64,000 nt of DNA from Schmidtea polychroa (taxonomy: Eukaryota): NCBI GenBank assembly GCA_044892525.1, contig CM097885.1:7876001-7940000 (forward strand), written 5' to 3'. The notes beneath the pieces are model-generated. The model made no database searches. It had not been told where the DNA came from and saw nothing but the letters and a program-made list of their open reading frames with translations. Position 1 is the first letter of the stretch. Each line of letters starts with the position of its first letter. The position numbers and the translations under genes are program-made. This document shows positions 41,753 to 56,784 of the stretch, in pieces.

Positions 41753-43061
41753 CTTTCTCAATTGTTTATTTTGCATATTCTGATAACAACGATTTTATGC
41801 AAAACCTCTGACAAATTGAGAAAATGATAACATCAAATATATTTTGAATTAACTTTCATAGAAATTCACATCAATTTAGAAACATTTTAGTGTAATTGAA
41901 TGTTACAATACAATTGGGTTACCATGAACGCTTTGTATTATGAAATGAAATACTTTGCCTATGATCAGATTTCTTAGACTTTTTTCACCATTTCCTCTTG
42001 ATTTATGATGTTTAAACTGTTTACTCGTTCTTGCAGTATTCCCAAGAAATTTGGCATTAAGATTCGCATTAGTAGTAGTATTTTTTATATTTTGAAAATA
42101 ATAATTATTCAATAACAGTATTTAACCTAATTTTTTTACTTCTATTTGTACCAAAAATTTAGGATCAGCCAATAAACATTTAAAGAAAGGTTTGCAAAAT
42201 GAAAGTCAAATGGAAAATAATTGACCAATGGGGAAGAAGATAAAAGAATTTACTGATATTTAAGGTTTTTACCTACATAATGAAATGCATAATGATAAAT
42301 AATTTAAAATCATACGCGTGTTGAATAATTTGTAAACGTAAAAAAAATATGTTAAAATGGTATGAAATGTGATAAGAAGGAAAGGATTTATTATTTAAAT
42401 TCAATTTTCTAATTTGCTAGTTAAATTTAATTATTTATTAATTAAAGAATATTTTGACAAAACTAATCAACAAACGAGAAGGAAATAAATATCGTCAAGA
42501 TGGATAAAAATATATATAGGAATTAATATAAATTATAAATTAATTATAAATAATATATAGAAATAAATTACTTTATAATGTAAAAATGAGTCAATCTATA
42601 TGGTAACAGGAAATATGTCATTAAATAATTATATGGAAAGAATCAAACTAAAAAATAATATTATTGAGAATGTATAAATTGAAGAGAAATAAAATGTTAA
42701 TGCAAAGAGAGAGTGCAAAGAAATCAAAAATTAGAAATTCAAACAAATTCAGAAAATTTAATAAAAATTTGAAAAATGGTAAGAGCAATATTTCTGATGG
42801 TGAAAAGTATGATCAGATGGCAAACAATAAGATAAGCATAAATATGCATCCGTTTGCATGAAATAAAAACGTTTATAATACAGGTTGTTGTACAAATATG
42901 TAGATGACTCACAATTTGTCATTAATTATTTTCATTCATATTATCAATTTGTTTTTATTTGGATTTAGAATAAGTTTTAATTATTTTAAACTTAATTTTA
43001 AATATTAAATTTTAAATATTAATTTTAAATATTAATTTTAAAATGACAAATATTTATTAAA

Positions 43062-43206
43062 TTTATTAAAGAGAGTTTGAAGACTATAAATCAGTAATAT
43101 ATCGATGTTTGTTGATACTCACAAATTGTCGGCACTGCCTTTTTCAAGTGAATTTCACTTATCAGAATTCAATAATTAGTGGTGAAATTGGAAGAAAATA
43201 AAGTTT
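43062..43206 (-). mobile_element. Family B element with hammerhead-like motif on minus (43119-43151)
   Basis: Minus strand reads tcac-ttgaaaa-aggcagtgcc-gaca-at-tt-gtga. Confidence 0.75.
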
Positions 43207-43794
43207 AAAATGAAGGTCGATCTTATTTATTATTTATCTCTTTATTTTCACGACATCTAATATTTATTTTTAAATTGAATTCAGCAGTGTCTTTGATATT
43301 GAATTTTTAATTTTAATCTGCCATTTTATTTCCATATAACAAAGTTTTTAAAAAAGTACATGTTTGTGTGTTATATTTATTTTTTCTATCACTTCTCGAT
43401 TTCTATAAAAAATCTTTATTCTGTGAAACATTAAAATTCAGTACAAATGAAAGTTTGTATGTTTTGATATTAGAGGTTTATTGGCTTTTTTTTATTATTG
43501 AATATTTTATTTCATGTAAACGGGTGTTTTAGGTTTATATCTAAAAAATACAAACTAATTTAATAGTTAATTAAAATAGTAATTATTTCAGAACAATCAG
43601 TTAAAATACAAATTTCTGTTCTTGATAAGCTGATAGTCTCAAGTCCAAGTGAAAATAATCAAACTTTTTAATTTAGTTATCAGCTTCTATTTGTTTGGAA
43701 ATGTATCCAAATAAAATTAACAATATATTTAAGATTATAAGAGGTTAAGTTGATTATGGATTAGAAATCTATATATAAGGAAAAATGCCAAAAT

Positions 43795-44150
43795 AGTAGG
43801 GTAACATGTGGACCCGGGAACAAAGACATATGACATCATCGATGACGTAACAAATGCATATATCCCCGGGCCACCGGGGAGGAGCTTTTCTTCTTAAGGC
43901 AACTTAAGGTCATAGAAAATTTTAAGGCCACGGTAATGTCAACCTAAGATCAAAGTTTAAGGTCAATGTCATTATGGGGACAGTGTAAGGTTAAATTCTG
44001 AGGTCAAAGTCGATTTAAAGCCATTTTAAGGTCAAATTTTAAACAAAAACATATGACGTAACAAATACATTTTACGGAACAAAGACATATATCGTAACAA
44101 ATACATTTTATGGAACAACGACATGTGACTTAACAAAAACATAAGACTCA
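43795..44150 (+). mobile_element. Possible Polinton/Maverick-like terminal region
   Basis: Starts AGTAGG; GC-rich cccggg block; repeated (t)aaggtca and ~36-bp aacaaagacatatgacgtaacaaatacat units. No partner TIR or hallmark protein found. Confidence 0.3.
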
Positions 44151-46030
44151 TCGCTTTAAACAAAGACATTTAACGGAACAATTACATATGACTCTTTGCA
44201 AGAAGCAATAAATATCTTTAAAATTTATCAAAAATATATATTTTTGGGCTGATAATCTATGTGTGTGTCTGTATATGAAAACATTGATAAGAGGCAATAA
44301 ATAATGGAAAGTTTTACGCAAAATATCATTGAAAGATTTATCCATCCGATAAAATCTCTGTATTCCTTCAATAGATTTTACCCTTAACTGATATTCAACC
44401 GATTTAATTTCTAGAAATCTAATTAAAATCATAAATTTTCCTCAATAAAGATCAATTTTCTTTAGTTGTTTTCCAACTCTTTTAAGTCAATATTTCTCAA
44501 GTTTTGTCGCCGATATTCTCACAATGAATAAAATAACAAATAAAAATAAAATAATTTAAAGCAATAACCTTTGATATCAATCCCAATTAATTCTAAAGAT
44601 TTCAAATATTTCATTGTCAAAACCAAGTAAATAAACACCCTAAGTGACATAATAAAACCGTGGATAATTAATAAAAACTGGTTCTAAATGTAAAACAAAT
44701 CTAAATTACTGTGCAATAACATTCATCACAACCTAATAAACCTCTAAAACGATTTAATTTCACAGGAACTATTATTAATTCATAGCTAATTACTGACTAT
44801 TTCCCTTGAAAATTTAATATTTTACAAATAAGAATATTTAAATATAGATATTCAAAACATTAACCGATTCCTCATGAAATATTTCTACCCCTTTAAACAT
44901 CCGACCGACTATATCTCTTAACAAGTCAATAAAATATAGCAAATTATCAAAAAATTAATTAAATTTTTCTTTTTTATTGTTAAAAACACGTGAAGTCAAA
45001 AATAAAATAATTTTTTTCCTTCAAAAACTCAACATTTTATTAAATAATAAAAATTTTTTAAATAATAAAAATAATTAAATAATTTAAATAAATTAATTTT
45101 CTATATATATATATATATATTAGCAGATTTAATGAATTAGTTCGTCTACATCTGATAAAGACATTGTCAAAAATTTGTTATTAGACAAATGAAATTAAAA
45201 TTTATCTAAGTATTTGTTATATTTAAATCGTTTTCATTTTTTATATATTTATTTTATAATTTTGCATTTGAAAAGAATTTGAACAAAATAATTGGAAATG
45301 ATTACTTAGGTATGATTTAATATCATATACTAGAAGTCTAATTTTTAACTTTATAATTTCATAAACATTGACAAATTGCAAAGCAGTGGCAAGGCAGATT
45401 CAAAGTTGCAATTAAGGTTTTATGATAACTTACATTCTTTCTAAATTCAATTTCTATAAGCCGAAAAATGCGTACATTAACCGATGAATGCACATAAATT
45501 CAGTCAAAACCATGTTGACAAAACTGCAGAGTATATTATATCCATATTATATCCATAATTATTAAAATGCCAAATTTAATTTAAAATATTGTTTTTTAAA
45601 ATAAAAATATCTATATTTGTTTTAATATTATATTTATTAATAAACATTTCTATAGGAATTCATTAAGTTGAGCGGTATAAAAAGTTTCGTTTAAAAAAAA
45701 GTAAACTAATTAAAACAAAATAATTAATATCAAAAGAAAAATAATCAGTAATAAATATTTACTATTTGATATCTATAATACAATTTCCTTTTCGTGACAA
45801 CTTTCCGTCTATGTTTATTTGTTTATTCAGAGATAAAGAAAAAATTATATCATACTTCCTTCGTATTCATTTAAACAATTTGAAATACATGTGGATATTA
45901 ATAAGATCTAGAGAATACAAGAAATTTACTCCGAGATAGGAAAATTTCTTTTCTAAGCCACTCATAAATTTTATTTTAATAAAGAGAGGATTACAAATTA
46001 TATTAAATGGCTTCAATCAATTATCATTTA

Positions 46031-46263
<233 letters not shown>

Positions 46264-48498
46264 TTATTACCAGTGCTTTTGGCTAATATTATGGAAACAT
46301 ATTTTCAACAAAATTCATTTATAAACAAAACTATATTACCATATGGGAAGCATCCGAGTTGGATAAGAAGAAGGAAAATACGAATAGTTGATTCTTGTGG
46401 ACGGTTTTTTTAAAGTTGGTAAAACACCAAGATTACAATATTTATATTTGTAGAAAAACATTTTTCAAAAACACATTGGACTGAAAGTATTTGATGTAAC
46501 TAAAAGTTGTTTTGGTCTTTGTTTAAACAAAAAAATAATTTTGTTTCATTAAATATTTAATATTTTTGTATGGGATATTTTTTCGTGTAGATAATTATTT
46601 CACTTATCTGATCCCATATTATTAAAAAAACAATATAAGTTACAAATATTTATTCAAAGCAAAATTGTAAAAATCTAATATACTCTTTTATTGTTATTAT
46701 TTAATCAAATTTCCTTGAGACATTTTTAATAATAATTCAAAAAGCACTTTCATACAAATTCCACATGGAACTAAAATTGCATTCTCGCTTTAATTTTGTT
46801 TTTAATATTTCATCGAGTAGATTTTCAAATTATAAATTTTCCATTCAGTTTCGGTTCCTTTAATATTTTAATTTAATTCTATGATGTATAATTTAATATG
46901 TATTTTAATATAAATTAATTATAATTTAATTCAAGTATAATTACAATGTATGACTAATAGAATGTTTTTAATTCTTAAATAAATTCTTGAATTTTACTCA
47001 ATAAAATTTCAATAGTTTTACCGGAAAACATTTTGTAACCCTTTCAAATATTTACATATTCTTTACTCAATTTGTCAATTATATATTTTTTACTGTAAAA
47101 AATTGTTTAAATTATTGTTTTTGTCTATTTAGAGATTTTAAAAGTTGTTCAAAATAATTCATTACACTTGACAGTTTGATAATCTAAAACCAAAATGTCA
47201 TTAAAAATTAATTCAGAATTTTAAAAATTTTAAATTTAAAAAAATTAAAATACTTTACAAATACAGTGAAGAAATTTGTTTTTCTACTTTCCTATAATAA
47301 CTTTATTTTAGAAACATTTGAGAAAAATTAGATCACTGAAAATGTTTTTTAATGTATTTTTAAATAAACTACGTTAAATTATCATGAAAATGACGAAATG
47401 TCATCGTAAGAATTATTTTTTAGTTAAAATTAAGTTAAATATTCATTAGAATTTCTAAAATTTGTTTTAGAAATATTTTAGAAAAATACATTTTAGGCGA
47501 TTGATTTAATTATTTAATTATAATTAAAAATATATCTGACTTACATTATATTAAATAATTCCAAAATCATTATAAAATAAATTTCATTAAATTCCTAAAC
47601 AACCTGAAAATTAATTTAAAATAATTTATAATGCAAATGTTGACTAAAATTATTATTTAAGAACTTGGATTTTGTATCAAAATTCTAGACTTAAAATTTG
47701 CTTAAAATTAAACATCTTACCTTAAAGCCATTTCAAAAATGGCAAAAAACAAATTTCTAGAAAAATGTTATTTATTAAATATTTAGACCAATTGGTGTAC
47801 ACACTAACCACCATTATAGTAAATGTATCTCAGTGGTGATTGATGACATTTGACAAAAGTTGTGCCGAAAATCTGTCGTTATTTCTGAGAATACCATTGC
47901 TCTTTTGCAAATTATCAATAAATACTCTATTAAAAAAGTAATCTAACTGCAATTTTTAAATTAAAAAGACCCAGCATTTATTTGCAGGAGAAACTTTGCA
48001 AGGTTAATCTGTAAATGATGTCAATTTTAGACTTATATATTAGATAAGAAAGAGTTAAACGCACTTATTCCAAGAATATAAAAAACATACCAAGATCTTT
48101 ACTTGTTCATTTAGCAACATATGGAGTATGGAAGATTGGTAATTCAGAGAATTCAAGAAATACAAATCTAAATTAAAATAGATTAAAATAATAAGAAAAA
48201 ACTTATTTTTTCTCTCAGTCATTAATATAATCTACATTTCAAAATAAAACGTGGAAAGATAATTATTTTTGTTCACAAATTATTATAATTTCTTTAATTA
48301 TATAATTAGTCTAATTAAGTCTTTTCAATTGATACTTCAGTAAAATATTCATTTAAGCTAAAATTTACACATTACGATTGGACATTTTTGAATCTTTCAC
48401 CTTTTTACATAGTGACATAAATGTACCTTTAGGACCACTATGCAAAAGAGTATCTTAGAACCGCACTTAATAATTTAATGTTTGTTAGTGTTAATATT

Positions 48499-48570
<72 letters not shown>

Positions 48571-48584
48571 AATAATAATAACAT

Positions 48585-48782
48585 TATGATTTATTGGTAG
48601 CGGCTTAAATTAAATATTGAATAAGTAAATGATTAGATAAGCCATTTATTTGCAAGGAATGTATTCAATAACAAAAACTTTTTCGATTAACAGATAATCA
48701 TCAAAATATATATAAAAATTATTTTCTCATAATCGAAAATAATTTCATTTAATACATATTTTGCAGCAAAAGACTTATCTTT
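48585..48782. mobile_element. Degenerate hairpin element family C
   Basis: ttggtagcggc, tttgcaaggaatgtatt and aatacatattttgcagcaaaag match the element at 54603. Confidence 0.55.
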
Positions 48783-48807
48783 ATTATTATTATTAATATT
48801 ATTATTA

Positions 48808-48899
<92 letters not shown>

Positions 48900-48922
48900 T
48901 ATTTTTATTATTATTATTATTA

Positions 48923-48955
<33 letters not shown>

Positions 48956-50027
48956 AATATTATTATTAATAATATATTACCGACATTTCTATAAAGATAT
49001 GGAAATATGGAAAATCTGAAATGTAATAAAACAAAATACCAATTTTAATTTTTTAACATTTTCTTTAAATATCAAATTACACTTTTATTCATTTCATTAA
49101 AACACGAAAATTTAATGAATTGAATTTCCAGAAAAAAATTCCATAAAGTTCATGTCGGTAATTCAAAGTCGGTTGAGTAGTGAAAATTTGGTAGCAGGAA
49201 ATAAAGTGTAAATTAAACATAAATGCTTTCTGAAATACCAACGCAAAATATACAGGTCGACCATCTGTTAATTGATAAATATATTATTTTACCTCATTTT
49301 AGTCATCGAAACAAAAATCAAAAAAATTTTCTTGGCATGTTATGCATTTTCCATGTAATGCATTTTTCATGTAAAATATCTTTTGAAAATTTATAAGAAA
49401 AAAACCGAAACTATCAGGAATTGATTTTTTGTTTTAATTGGTGTTCCTATTAATGAAATAAACTAGGGGGGAAATAATGAATTTCAAAACATTTTAATTA
49501 CTTTTTGGAAAATTTTATAGTTTTGTTTCAGCGAATCAAATTAAAAGTCTTTAATAAGTATGTTGAATAAATAAAAGATTTGATATAGAAAAAAATGAAT
49601 CTAAATGAAATTGAAAATGAAAAGTAGATCAATAAGGAAATGCATAAAATATTTTACTAAGATATATAAGAAATGATAGATTAAAATAAAAATCAGTGGC
49701 ATTTGGTAATATTAAATTTTTAATAATTATCAATTTTTACCTCTTTCTGTTATTATGATTCCTTTTCGACATATTCTTAAGAAATTTGCCTGGACTGTAG
49801 AAATCAGGATAAAATTATACCATTTTCAACTTCAATCTGCTATAATCAGAAAAGTGTGTATATAGGATTGATGCAAGTACAGACATTTGTTAGTGGCATA
49901 CAGTCAAATTCATGCGACTAATACAATTGGATATATTTGAATCTTTTAATTTACAAAAGAATTTGTACGCTTAAGTTATTTGCACGTTGGTTTATTGCCA
50001 GGTCATTTAAAACCACAAAAATGTCGC

Positions 50028-50328
50028 GTGAGTGTCATGTACAAATTGTCTGTTTTTAGCACATTGAATATGGAAATGATGGTGGCCGGACAAAATGTCG
50101 CGGACAAAATGTCGTGCACAATATGTCATGGACAAAATGTCGCGGAAAAATGTCGTGGACAAAATGTCATGGTATAAATGTTTTTGATAATATACCATTG
50201 CGACATGTTGAGTGTGATCAGTAACTTTGCGACCAATACCCATATGGGGACAAAATATTTTGTCGGATAAACTCTGAGTATGTATATTTTGTCCACGACA
50301 TTTTGTCCGTTACATTTTGTCCTAGAAT
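50028..50328. repeat. Tandem ggacaaaatgtc(gc) 14-mers with an inverted block; foldback/MULE-like subterminal repeats
   Basis: About six forward copies at 50088-50170 and three reverse copies at ~50287-50321. Confidence 0.7.
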
Positions 50329-51317
50329 CAAAATGATATATGTTAACGGTTATAAACAAAAAATATTATTTTTTCAGCGGTACTCAACAATTAAAGAAAT
50401 GTTACACTAAACACTCGATCTTAGCTAGCAAAATGAGTATAAAGTCAAACACATTTTAACTCGCTTATGACCATTAAAGAGTTAAATAAGAAAAAGAATG
50501 GAAAGTGAAGTGCTACTGATATTTGCATGTATTTTAAATATAGGTAGTTAAATTATTATAGATTACTTTATTATAGAATCATTAAGGAAATTGGTAACTT
50601 TAGTGATGACATCTCATGGGTAAAATTTAAAGTGACAAGGAACTTAATTTAGGATATTGAACCCAAGCTTATAGAGAAAACTCAGTACACTCAGAGGTTA
50701 AACCGAGATACCAAAATCATTTATTAGTTAGAATATCACTGGGAGGTTTATAAAAAGGCGGGATTTTGAATTATATGGGAATTGATGTAATGACTCCTTC
50801 ATGCGTCCAATGTATTAAATGTGGCTAAAATGTAATAAAAATAATTCAAATCTAATTTCAAATAAATCCTTAACTATAAATAATTAAAAATTATTTAATT
50901 TTATTATTATTCGCAGTTCTCTGTTGAAATGAAATGAAAAATTCCTAATAATAATGAACATTTTTAAAGAATCCCTGGGAGAGGTCCATTAATCTATTTG
51001 TTAATGATATTCAAAATATATTTTAATAAATGTTTTAATTTATATTTATTTTTATCGATCTTTAAAATTGCACAATGGGGCATCTCGAAAATAACAATGA
51101 AATCGAAATTGAGATACAATTTATAATTGACAGGATAAAGATCTAATAATTATTATAATTATTATTAACTGATATTATATTCTCCTCTTTGAAAATGTAT
51201 TTAATAATCAAATAAACAAATCAGATTCAAGATAAATGAATAATGTAAAATGATAGAAAATTATGATAATTATAATAATTAAAGATGCAAAACTGATGGT
51301 AATGAAACAATATTTAG

Positions 51318-51497
51318 GTTATGACAGATCTGTTCCAGGAATGGAAAGGTTGAACATTATTGGCGATGCTAGCAAAGGAGAGCACAACTTACAGATATTA
51401 AACATTCAACCGGAAGATAGTGGAGAATACGAGTGTCAAGTTCAGCCGGTTTCCAGACATCCTTTATTAAGAAAAAAAGCACAAGTTACAGTTCATG
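51318..51497 (+). CDS. Second coding exon of the nephrin/Kirrel-family gene (completes Ig domain 1)
   Basis: Acceptor tttag|gt at 51317 restores the Gly split at 31246; YDRSVPGMERLNIIGDASKGEHNLQILNIQPEDSGEYECQVQPVSRHPLLRKKAQVTVH (DxGxYxC); donor G|gttggt at 51498, phase 1. Confidence 0.92.
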
Positions 51498-52119
51498 GTT
51501 GGTTGATTTTATATTAAATTTAAATTTAATTAAAACATTTAATTAATTTAATTAATTTTAATTAAACATTAATTATACATTTAATTATACATTTAATTAA
51601 ACATTGAAAAACCCAACAATAAGGAATATCCTATTGAAAGGGTTTATAGTGCTAACGGTAGACATTTATCTATTTAGGAAGTACTAGCAGAACTTTATAC
51701 ATTGTCGCTTTAGGTATTATACTAGTATTATAATAGGCGACATAAGCAGCTATCTAGAGAAGCGGCAAAATTATGAAAAATTAAAGTTTAAAAATATTTT
51801 TATGCTATGAAAGTTATTTGTTGTGCTTCGTGCTACTAATATCACTTTTTATGATGCCACTCGTGCCCCATAATTTCATCAGGTTAGAAAAAATTGATTT
51901 AAAGAAATGTATAATAAAATATGTACAAAAATATGTATTTATGTACAAAAAATCTTATTACATCAATATTTTCGCGTCTTCTGCTCAAAGATGTCTGGGG
52001 CTGACTGTCTGTATACTACGTTTTATGAATGTATCAATATTTCTTTATTTTTTATTATTTTAATTTCATGGAAAATATATTGGAAAATAATATAATTAAT
52101 ATTTATTAAATAGTTAAAC

Positions 52120-52600
52120 ATGCATGGCAACTATGTAATTAATAGGACAGACTTCCCGTCATCTCGAGGTCGAGAGCATTATATACCGAAGACATTGACC
52201 AATATAAGTGAGCACAAAAATGGTTGTAAGAGTAAATTAGGTATGTCTGATTTTAAAATGTTATTAAAAATTTTTGATAATTATTGTGAGGCGTTGTTGA
52301 TAAAATTATTGAATCCGAAAATTAATGTGCAGAATGCAGTAAATACTTGAATTTTAAATGTTTTTAAATAATTTTTTTTATATTGTATGTATGAATTATT
52401 GTTGTTGTTAAAATAAATAATTAATAAATTAAATAATTTTTCAATATATGTTAAAAGTTAAAAAAATAATATATTATTTGAATTGTAATTTTTAAAAATA
52501 AGTAATAAAATTAATAAATTTGCTTAAAAATCCTTGATTTCTATAGTTATTATATCCTACCTGATGATAAAAGGAAAACTGTCGAAATATATCGTGAAAC
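52120..52600 (+). mobile_element. PLE 3' end: GIY-YIG C-terminus and degenerate hammerhead
   Basis: ISEH..CEALLIKLLNPKINVQ, then ctgatga..actgtcgaaatatatcgt at ~52561-52595. Confidence 0.72.
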
Positions 52601-54439
52601 GAATATTTGAATGGTTCTTTCTTATAATATTTATTAAATAATAAAGATTAAATTAAATTAAAATTTTTAATATTAATAAAAATATTAAAAAATAAAACTA
52701 TATAATACTTGAATCGTGAAGCAAAACCTTGAAAAGATGTATTAAAAAAATAATATCTTTGGTCAGAGTACAAAATTTACCCTTGAAAGCACATATAAGA
52801 CGTATATAATCCGATGAAATTCATTATCATTATTTAGGGGAAAATATTATGAATAAGATTATTCAACTTTTAAGTAAAAAGCTAAAATAGAAAGTGATAA
52901 ATGATTTAACAAATGTAAAATATTACTCTATATTACCTCTTATATACACTATTTTTGGATTTTGATGTAAAACATGGTAACTATATTTTTGCGTACGTCG
53001 TACATAATTTACATGGTATATTGTTTTAATAGATATATTTAAACATATAGTTAAGACAATGAATATAATTCTACATTATTGTTTTGACTTTGAGACTCTA
53101 AGACCTTTCGTTAGATTTTATGATTCAATTTATATTTCAATCCATCTTTCTTTCAATAAATTCCATATGAACGATCGTAAGGTCTTTAGGTCTTAAATTG
53201 AATTTATTTTTATTTTATTCAATTTTCTTATACCCACTATCAATATTTAACTCTTCTTTGCTAATTAATAATGCTGAATATTTAACTATAGAAAACTTCA
53301 GGTGAAACACTGAACTTTACGATATATACATGAATTGATATTTGTAAACCTTACAGCAATACAAATAGAAGAAATACAAAAACATTAAAAATTGTAAAAA
53401 ACAACAGTAGAAAACATGTTATTAACCGCTTGTACATGTTTCAAGTGACAAGAAGATATTCAATACAAAAACAAAAAAAAATAAATAGTCATTGTGAAAT
53501 TAAATTTAAAAAAAATTTAAATAAAAATTTAAATTTAAAATAAACTAATTAACATAATGTTGTATTGAATGATTGTGGATTGTTGCAAATCTGCCAAATA
53601 TATTTGTTTAACTAATGTTAACTAACATAGTTGTTTTGAAATAGACATATTATAGTGATGACATTTTTAATAAACAATTTGATCCGATTATGGATGTTTT
53701 AAACACTAAAGGTTCTGATAAAGTCAGTAAATTATATAGTTTTTTGAGAAAATTAAAACATGTTGAAAATTTGAAAGAAAATTATAATGTTGGTCAGAAG
53801 TATGTCATAAAAGTCATGTCATAAATCCCCTCTATGTACAGGTCACTTAATATTTTCTTATCACGTGTAATTTCGAAATTTGCTCTTTAAATGAGCTTTA
53901 ATTTAAACTAACTTGAAAAAAAAAACCATAATGAAACCTTATATTTCACATTTATATGTATATAAGATAACTGATATGTATCATTTAACAATTTTAAGTA
54001 TCTTGATTTCTCCTGGTAATCAAATCTACAGCCCACATGTACTAGCATTTGAGAGAAGATTAACATACATGAAAAATCAAAATAGCAATATTTGTATTTC
54101 GAGTACAATTATATACAATATACACTATGGCACATCAAACATTTTACCACTTTAATATTGCAAGAAATCGAAAAAACTATTTTTTTCACTTATGATTATG
54201 TATTTTATCTCTGGAAACCTTTAAATTTATCAAAAGAAAGAAATGGGCTATTGGGGACATGTTTAGAATGAAATTGGTTAAAATTCAGTTTAAAATTGTT
54301 TCAGGATCCGAGGAAATCTTTCATAATCCAAATTTAGTCTTCAAATTAAAATCAACAAAAATCTTAATGTTTTAAAAATTTCTTTATTAATGACATTTTG
54401 TTATTTTTTATATTTGAATTATATTCGAAGGCGCTACTC

Positions 54440-55160
54440 AAACATTTTTTTTACGATATACTTCGGCAGTTTTTCCGTCATAGTCAGATAGAATTGAAAT
54501 ACCTATAAATATTATAGATTTTATGAACAAATTGTATTAATCTTTCTTTAAACTAAATTATAATTTAAATAATAAATTATTTTTCAATCTATACTAAGTA
54601 TATAAAACAATAAAATGATAATTTAAGCCTTTTGCTGCAAATAATGTATTTAATGAAAGAATTTACGATTGACAAGGACTATCGTATAGTCGAAAATTCT
54701 TTCATTAAATACATTATTTGCAGCAAAAGGCTTAAATTATCATTTTATTGTTTTAAATAATAAATGCTGCTACCAAGCAATCATCATTTTATACTATATT
54801 AAGTATATTTGAAAGATTTTAAAATATTTTATTATAATTTTTAATTTTGACAATCTATAAATTTTATAAAATTTGAAATTTAAAAATTATTTAACTTCAA
54901 AATTTAATATATTTAAAACAACAACAATCCACTTACCCGCAATAAAATATATCTAAGGACATTCAAAACACCAAGTATTCACAGCATTTTGCATATTAAT
55001 TTTCGTATCCAATGATTTTATCAATAATACTTCACAAATCACATTTACATTATAATATGTAACATTTTTTAATTAGACATGCCATTAATTATTTATATAT
55101 TCTTTTCTATGCTCAGCAATGTTGGTCATTGCCTTTAGTCGATAATCATCACGAGATCGA
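54440..55160 (-). mobile_element. PLE 3' end of the same family (minus), interrupted by family C
   Basis: ICEVLLIKSLDTKINMQNAVNT-like remnant at ~54970-55045; degenerate ctgactatgacggaaaaactgccgaagtatatcgt at ~54453-54487. Confidence 0.65.
54603..54793 (+). mobile_element. Hairpin element family C: perfect 62-bp arms around a hammerhead-like loop
   Basis: 54603-54664 is the exact reverse complement of 54694-54755; loop ttgacaa-g-gacta-tcgta-tagtc-gaaa-at-tc; 14-bp TSD ctata(c/t)taagtata. Confidence 0.85.
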
Positions 55161-55266
55161 GAGCAAAATTACCGGAAGTGTCTCCAATGCACTCATTACA
55201 TGTATTCTGATAAACGAAATCAGAACCCAATACAACGGGAGTGTTAGACTTAATAATAAACATATT

Positions 55267-56589
55267 GCACTATTTACTTGAATTAGACACGAATGGTTTT
55301 CTCTCGCTTATAATATGTAAATCCTTTAGAGTACGGTAATATCAATACAAATTTAGGCTCATTGTCCTTACATTAACTATTAAATCTATTTACTTAACCC
55401 TCTACTTATTCGCACTACTTAAATTACACTCATTCTCATAGAATTTATAATAAATTTATCAACAATTTCTTTATTCATTATTAACCCTTTCCTATCTTGT
55501 GTCTATAAAAATATGACAAAAAAATTAACCATTCTATCCTCTGTCTGTAAAAAATTATATTACTGATGGTGATAATGACCATGAAAATGATATACAAGAT
55601 GCACAGTTGAGCACTGACGATGATGACGATAATTCTTTTTAATTTTTAAAATTTTTTAAAATTTTATTAGGATCGGAACGGGCCGGACACATAAAATAAA
55701 GAAGATAGAAAAGGGTTAATAAAAATGAATTTAAATTCTTAATTGACAACCTAACCAATTTTTCAATAATTTTACTGAATTTTTACACGTTTTTCTTTCT
55801 GGCATATTTTAATTTACTTTGTCTTTAATTATCATGGTTTATTAGGTCCTTGATCAATAATTTCATTTATTTAAACACAAATTTTCATCATAACCTTTTT
55901 TCTATTTTATCCAAAATATATGTATAAAATAAAAAAATTTAAATTTGATTTTAAAAATTTTGTAAACATTATTCTAATAATAATTATTATGTTATTTTTT
56001 AGTACATAACTGTAACAGTCTGCAACATTTTAAATTATTCGATTAAACGATTTTAAGAAATTCATTTTATTTTCTTAAGATTTTCTTAACATTTAAAATA
56101 ATAGAATTATCTAAAATATTTAATTATTAGTAAAAGAACTTGTCATAAGACGGTTGTATAGCGGCCCATAAAAATAATAATAATAATTGTGTTCTTTCAG
56201 TATACTCAATGATTTGAAAAAATCGAAGAATTGATCTTAATTTCCAGAAATTTATTTTAATTTGTTTCAACTCATGTAAATGCCACATACTTTTTAATTT
56301 TTGATATGAAGAATTTTTTTAATTTTAAATGAAACTCGGGCTCAAGAAACATTATATCATTTAATTATTACATTATATAAAAGTCATTAATTATTCCACA
56401 TGCATTAACTTAATGCTCATTTAACGTTTGAGAAATTAAATTTAATAAATAATTAAATTAAAGTTTATTTGATAACATATTTGCTAGGATTATTAAACAA
56501 AATTTAAAATTAAATTGCTAAATTCTAATAAAATAAATTTTCAATATTTAATAAATTTTATATTATACCATATAAAAGTTGAAGTAGTA

Positions 56590-56636
<47 letters not shown>

Positions 56637-56784
56637 CTTGCACTATCCAGTGAAAAATTGCATGATGCATTGACATTATGTATAATAACAGTTGTCATGA
56701 GAATGTTGGTTTGCAACTTAGCTATACTAGTATGTGACTGTAATAATATAATATACATAACGGTACCAATGTCAACAAAATTTA
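55267..56784 (+). repeat. Donor copy of a ~1.5-kb inverted duplication
   Basis: Near-identical reverse complement at 60485-62078; differs mainly in (TA)n length. Confidence 0.96.
55485..55715. mobile_element. piggyBac-type MITE (duplicated at 61633-61860)
   Basis: TTAA both sides; TIR ccctttcctatctt / aagatagaaaaggg; internal Asp-rich codon remnant like a piggyBac acidic N-terminus. Confidence 0.8.

Noticed and set aside
45146..45186. Additional hammerhead-like remnants (also ~47840-47880)
   Set aside because: Core nucleotides too degenerate to support a call.
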